Assembly (NCBI GenBank): GCA_947090525.1 | Contig: CAMUON010000001.1 | Coordinates: forward strand, 388,473 to 452,472 | Source of the DNA: an uncultured Atopobium sp. | Lineage (GTDB): Bacteria; Actinomycetota; Coriobacteriia; Coriobacteriales; Atopobiaceae | Reading direction: 5' to 3' | DNA length: 64,000 nucleotides | Part shown: in pieces, positions 61,527-64,000 of the stretch | Position numbering within the stretch: position 1 is the first letter of the stretch | Layout: the number at the start of each line of letters is the position of its first letter | Made by a program: the position numbers and the translations under genes | The notes under the pieces: generated by a model | What the model was told of the DNA's origin: nothing | The model's database searches: none | The model's input: only the letters and a program-made list of their open reading frames with translations

Positions 61527-61622
61527 ATGGAGCAATACATTTACATGATTATCACAAGCGCTTTGGGGTACCTTGTAGCGCACTATATCGTGAGGGTAAT
61601 AGAGGCTCTAAGAAAGAAGTAA
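61527..61622 (+). CDS. Small hydrophobic peptide B (31 aa, MEQYIYMIITSALGYLVAHYIVRVIEALRKK), translationally coupled (TAATG) to RHH paralogue 2
   Basis: AAAGGGG RBS. TM helix plus RKK tail. Its stop overlaps the next ATG. Confidence 0.35.
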   Translation: MEQYIYMIITSALGYLVAHYIVRVIEALRKK

Positions 61623-61819
61623 TGAAGATGGTTTCAGATGCACAGAAGCGCGCAAACGCTAACTATAAAAGGAGAAGCACTAAAACAAAGCAGATAGTGT
61701 TCTTTCCCGATGATATGGACTTGTTCGAGTGGGTAGGCACGCAGCCGAAACAAAATGCGTATCTAAAAGACCTCATCAGAAAGGATATGCAAGCTCACAA
61801 ACAAAATGAGCAGCAATGA
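61622..61819 (+). CDS. Ribbon-helix-helix small protein, paralogue 2 (65 aa)
   Basis: KQIVFFPDDMDLFEWV...YLKDLIRKDM. Paralogous to 60978-61166. Confidence 0.5.
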   Translation: MKMVSDAQKRANANYKRRSTKTKQIVFFPDDMDLFEWVGTQPKQNAYLKDLIRKDMQAHKQNEQQ

Positions 61820-61865
61820 GCAGCAATGAGCAAGAGTGAGCAGCTTTGAGCAGCAATGAGCAGCG
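61805..61865 (+). repeat. 10-bp tandem repeat (ATGAGCAGCA x6, with variants) at the 3' end of RHH paralogue 2
   Basis: Seen directly. The period is not a multiple of 3. Confidence 0.7.
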
Positions 61866-62037
61866 CTTATAGCGTAGTATGGAATTGTGAAGCCGTAGGG
61901 GAAACCTTGCGGCTTTTTAATAGGCGGGGGGTATCCTTTCTGAATACGCGCACCGCTCGACGCCATTCAAGAAAAGATGCTTGAGTGGTATTGCCTCGAG
62001 GATGCAAAAGAAGACGAACAGGACGACTTAATACGCG

Positions 62038-62904
62038 TTGACGCACGATCTTGGAGACGATGAATTCATGCGGCTCCTGGCGGAAGATGTAGGTTGCGAA
62101 GTCTATCACCATGCCAACCGTACAACAAAGCATAATGCCGCGAAAAACAGTGTCCGTTATGCGCGCGTGCCCTTTGGTAACTCATGTGCATTTTGCTTGA
62201 TGTTAAGTACCCGCGGCTTCGTGTACCTCTCAAGGACGTCAGCAGGTGAAGACAAGGGGCACTATCACGCACATTGCCATTGCAAAATCGTGGCAAGTAA
62301 GAAAGGTACCACGATCGACGGTTACGATCCTGAGGGGCTCGACTACCGCATACATCAAGTTGCTCAAGAGCTCGGCATTTCCGATTTTAATTGGCAGGAT
62401 TATATGCGCAATCCTGCTATGCAAGCTATGCTGCAAAAAGAAATACGTCTGCGTGACAAAGACTGGTTGCTTACAGGCATGCCGTCTGAGGTAGATTATG
62501 AAAATGAACTTGCTGAGAAGAACGCGCATGCCCATGAAATCGAGCAAGCTAAACGTTTGGCGCAGCACGGCATTAAGTGCACCTTTCAGGTTGATTATGA
62601 GGTTGATGAGAAGACAAAGGGCACAGCAAGACAGAAGACCATTGGCAAGACAGACCTCGCTAATGGTATTGAGCTTAAGAGCTTGGGACACACGACAAAC
62701 CTAAGAAAGAGGATAGAGAAAGAACTCAGGAACTCAAGAGATAAAAAGGGCTTTAAATCGTGTCATTTCGATGCATATGATACGGACTTTGATGAAATAG
62801 AAATATCAAAGGCTTTGAAGGACAAAATGAAACAAGTGCACATTAGGCGAAGTTCTTTTATAGACTCTGATGGGCAATATCACGTCGTTCAGGTAAATAA
62901 ATAA
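62038..62904 (+). CDS. Hypothetical protein with N-terminal Cys/His cluster (C-x2-C ... H-x-H-C-H-C), K/E-rich C-terminal half; AT-rich, probably of mobile-element origin
   Basis: GNSCAFC...GHYHAHCHC suggests a Zn-binding or HUH-like site. No confident family assignment. Confidence 0.4.
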   Translation: MTHDLGDDEFMRLLAEDVGCEVYHHANRTTKHNAAKNSVRYARVPFGNSCAFCLMLSTRGFVYLSRTSAGEDKGHYHAHCHCKIVASKKGTTIDGYDPEGLDYRIHQVAQELGISDFNWQDYMRNPAMQAMLQKEIRLRDKDWLLTGMPSEVDYENELAEKNAHAHEIEQAKRLAQHGIKCTFQVDYEVDEKTKGTARQKTIGKTDLANGIELKSLGHTTNLRKRIEKELRNSRDKKGFKSCHFDAYDTDFDEIEISKALKDKMKQVHIRRSSFIDSDGQYHVVQVNK

Positions 62905-63037
62905 AAAAGAGACTACGACAGGGTAACCCCCGAAGCAGCCTCTCTTATTACAGCCACTATACCACATCAACATCGTTAATCAAAGAGCCTGCATAGGCTC
63001 TTTTTTTATACATCCGCACGGATAGGAAGGACACATC

Positions 63038-63244
63038 ATGGCTAAAGATGATGTACAGCAAGTACAGGACGTCGAAGCGACAGACGCGCACGCAGAAGCT
63101 GCAGAAACCGATTGGAAAGCACAGGCGCGCAAATGGGAAAAACGCGCTAAAGAGAACAGCGCGGCAGCAGATGAGCTCGCCAAGCTTAAGGAGTCGCAGA
63201 TGACAGAGCTCGAACGCATTCAAGCGCGCATGCGCGCCTGCTGA
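63038..63244 (+). CDS. Small acidic/coiled-coil hypothetical protein (68 aa)
   Basis: ORF with an upstream GGAAGGA RBS-like sequence. Its 3' end runs into the right flanking repeat. Confidence 0.3.
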   Translation: MAKDDVQQVQDVEATDAHAEAAETDWKAQARKWEKRAKENSAAADELAKLKESQMTELERIQARMRAC

Positions 63245-63430
63245 AGCTGGTGAGTGCTCCGCATCAGCCTTTTCATGTACAAATTCGTTTCCTCACGCTG
63301 GGGCTTTTTGCTGCGCGTGAACAGAAAACCATGGTAGCAGGCGCAGATGATTTACAAGCATGCTGGTAGCTCGTGCAATAGACTTGCCATCAAGAATTTC
63401 TTGAGAACTTTCTTCTGCCGAGATTTTTAG
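63228..63430 (+). repeat. Island-flanking direct repeat, right copy
   Basis: See 52436-52680. Confidence 0.55.
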
Positions 63431-63433
63431 CCC

Positions 63434-63626
63434 CCGCGCGAGCGTAGAAAAAAACGGGTTTTTATCTACCAAAATATCAAAATTTCAACTAAATTCGATA
63501 GTTTAATTTCTTATATGCGCAGCTACGCGCTTTGGGCGATTTTTTGAGGTGCCGCGGGGGCCTCGAATTTGGCCAAAATCAGGCAAAAACGGTAGACAAA
63601 AAGGCCTTTTTTTCTACGCGCGAGAG
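63434..63626 (-). mobile_element. 190-bp TIR element B, copy 2 (inverted relative to copy 1)
   Basis: Same termini (CGCGCGAGCGTAGAAAAAAACGGGTTTTTATCTACC). The interior is the reverse complement of copy 1. Confidence 0.5.
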
Positions 63627-63674
63627 TGGGGGCAGAAAAGCCTGCCTTGTATATATTCATGTGCGCTCACTATC

Positions 63675-63725
63675 GGATGTTTTGTGGATAGACCGAAGAC
63701 CTAACGGTCTACCACAAAACATCCT
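63675..63725 (+). repeat. Perfect 21-bp-stem hairpin element, copy 2
   Basis: Identical stem to 30115-30165; loop aagacctaa. Conserved flanks GCTCACTA(C/T)C and ATCCTCCTCGTTCGC, plus about 60 bp of similar downstream sequence. Confidence 0.7.
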
Positions 63726-63854
63726 CCTCGTTCGCACGGATCTCCTACCAGGCTTTTCAGCGGCCGCGTGTGCGTAGCAAAAAACCAAGCGTGAGGAACG
63801 AGTGCAAGCTCGCTAACGCCTTCGCGGAAGCTTTTTCCTGCAGAAACCCTTCAC

Positions 63855-63921
63855 CCCACACAAAAGCCTCCAGCACCCACACAAAAGCCTCCCCGCACAC
63901 ACAAAAGCCACCCCGCACCCG
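63855..63921 (+). repeat. Three tandem 21-22-bp repeats (CACACAAAAGCCTCC(A/C)(G/C)CAC-like)
   Basis: Seen directly. Confidence 0.6.
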
Positions 63922-64000
63922 CGTGCCATCTACCTGCAGCGATACAAAACCCAAGCGTATCTGTGCAATTTCTCCACTCACGAAAAAAAATTCTTTTTTG

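Overview
This 64-kb window looks like chromosome from a moderately high-GC Gram-positive bacterium, probably actinobacterial. The basis is a Rho factor with a long low-complexity N-terminal insertion, a pstSCAB operon followed by a two-component system, and surface proteins with cell-wall-binding repeats. I cannot name the genus from sequence alone.

The housekeeping backbone includes a partial divIVA-like gene, a secreted CHAP-domain peptidoglycan hydrolase, RNase P RNA (antisense under two spurious ORFs), pyruvate:ferredoxin oxidoreductase (nifJ), a HelD/UvrD-like helicase, engB, pstSCAB with an OmpR-type regulator and histidine kinase, a PflX-like radical SAM protein, pncB, argS, a tandem-MarR regulator, rho, maf, a family-8 glycosyltransferase, a livKHMGF-type ABC transporter and a 1646-aa cell-surface adhesin. 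RNA genes are tRNA-Ala, tRNA-His and tRNA-Lys.

The accessory content is the more interesting part:
- A complete, AT-rich type II-A CRISPR-Cas locus (cas9-cas1-cas2-csn2, a 19-repeat array, and a predicted antisense tracrRNA upstream of cas9). It lies next to tRNA-His and tRNA-Lys and is bracketed by imperfect direct repeats and inverted copies of a roughly 190-bp element with terminal inverted repeats.
- Immediately after the array, an unannotated cluster of very small genes: two paralogous modules of a 28-31 aa transmembrane peptide ending in RKK followed by a ribbon-helix-helix protein, a third Lys-rich small peptide, and a Cys/His-cluster protein.
- One CRISPR spacer has an 18-nt exact match to this downstream cluster.
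- Two convergent surface-protein genes that share a YRLYNP-type repeat module and carry poly-G tracts at their 5' ends. The G9 tract in one gene currently separates its signal peptide from the body, which looks like phase variation.
- Two copies of a 216-bp MITE-like element.
- An AT-rich remnant integrated at the 3' end of tRNA-Ala, carrying a KilA-N gene interrupted by an in-frame TAA.
- Two copies of a perfect 21-bp-stem hairpin element with conserved flanks.
- A GTTAAC-type hexanucleotide tandem repeat in a promoter region.
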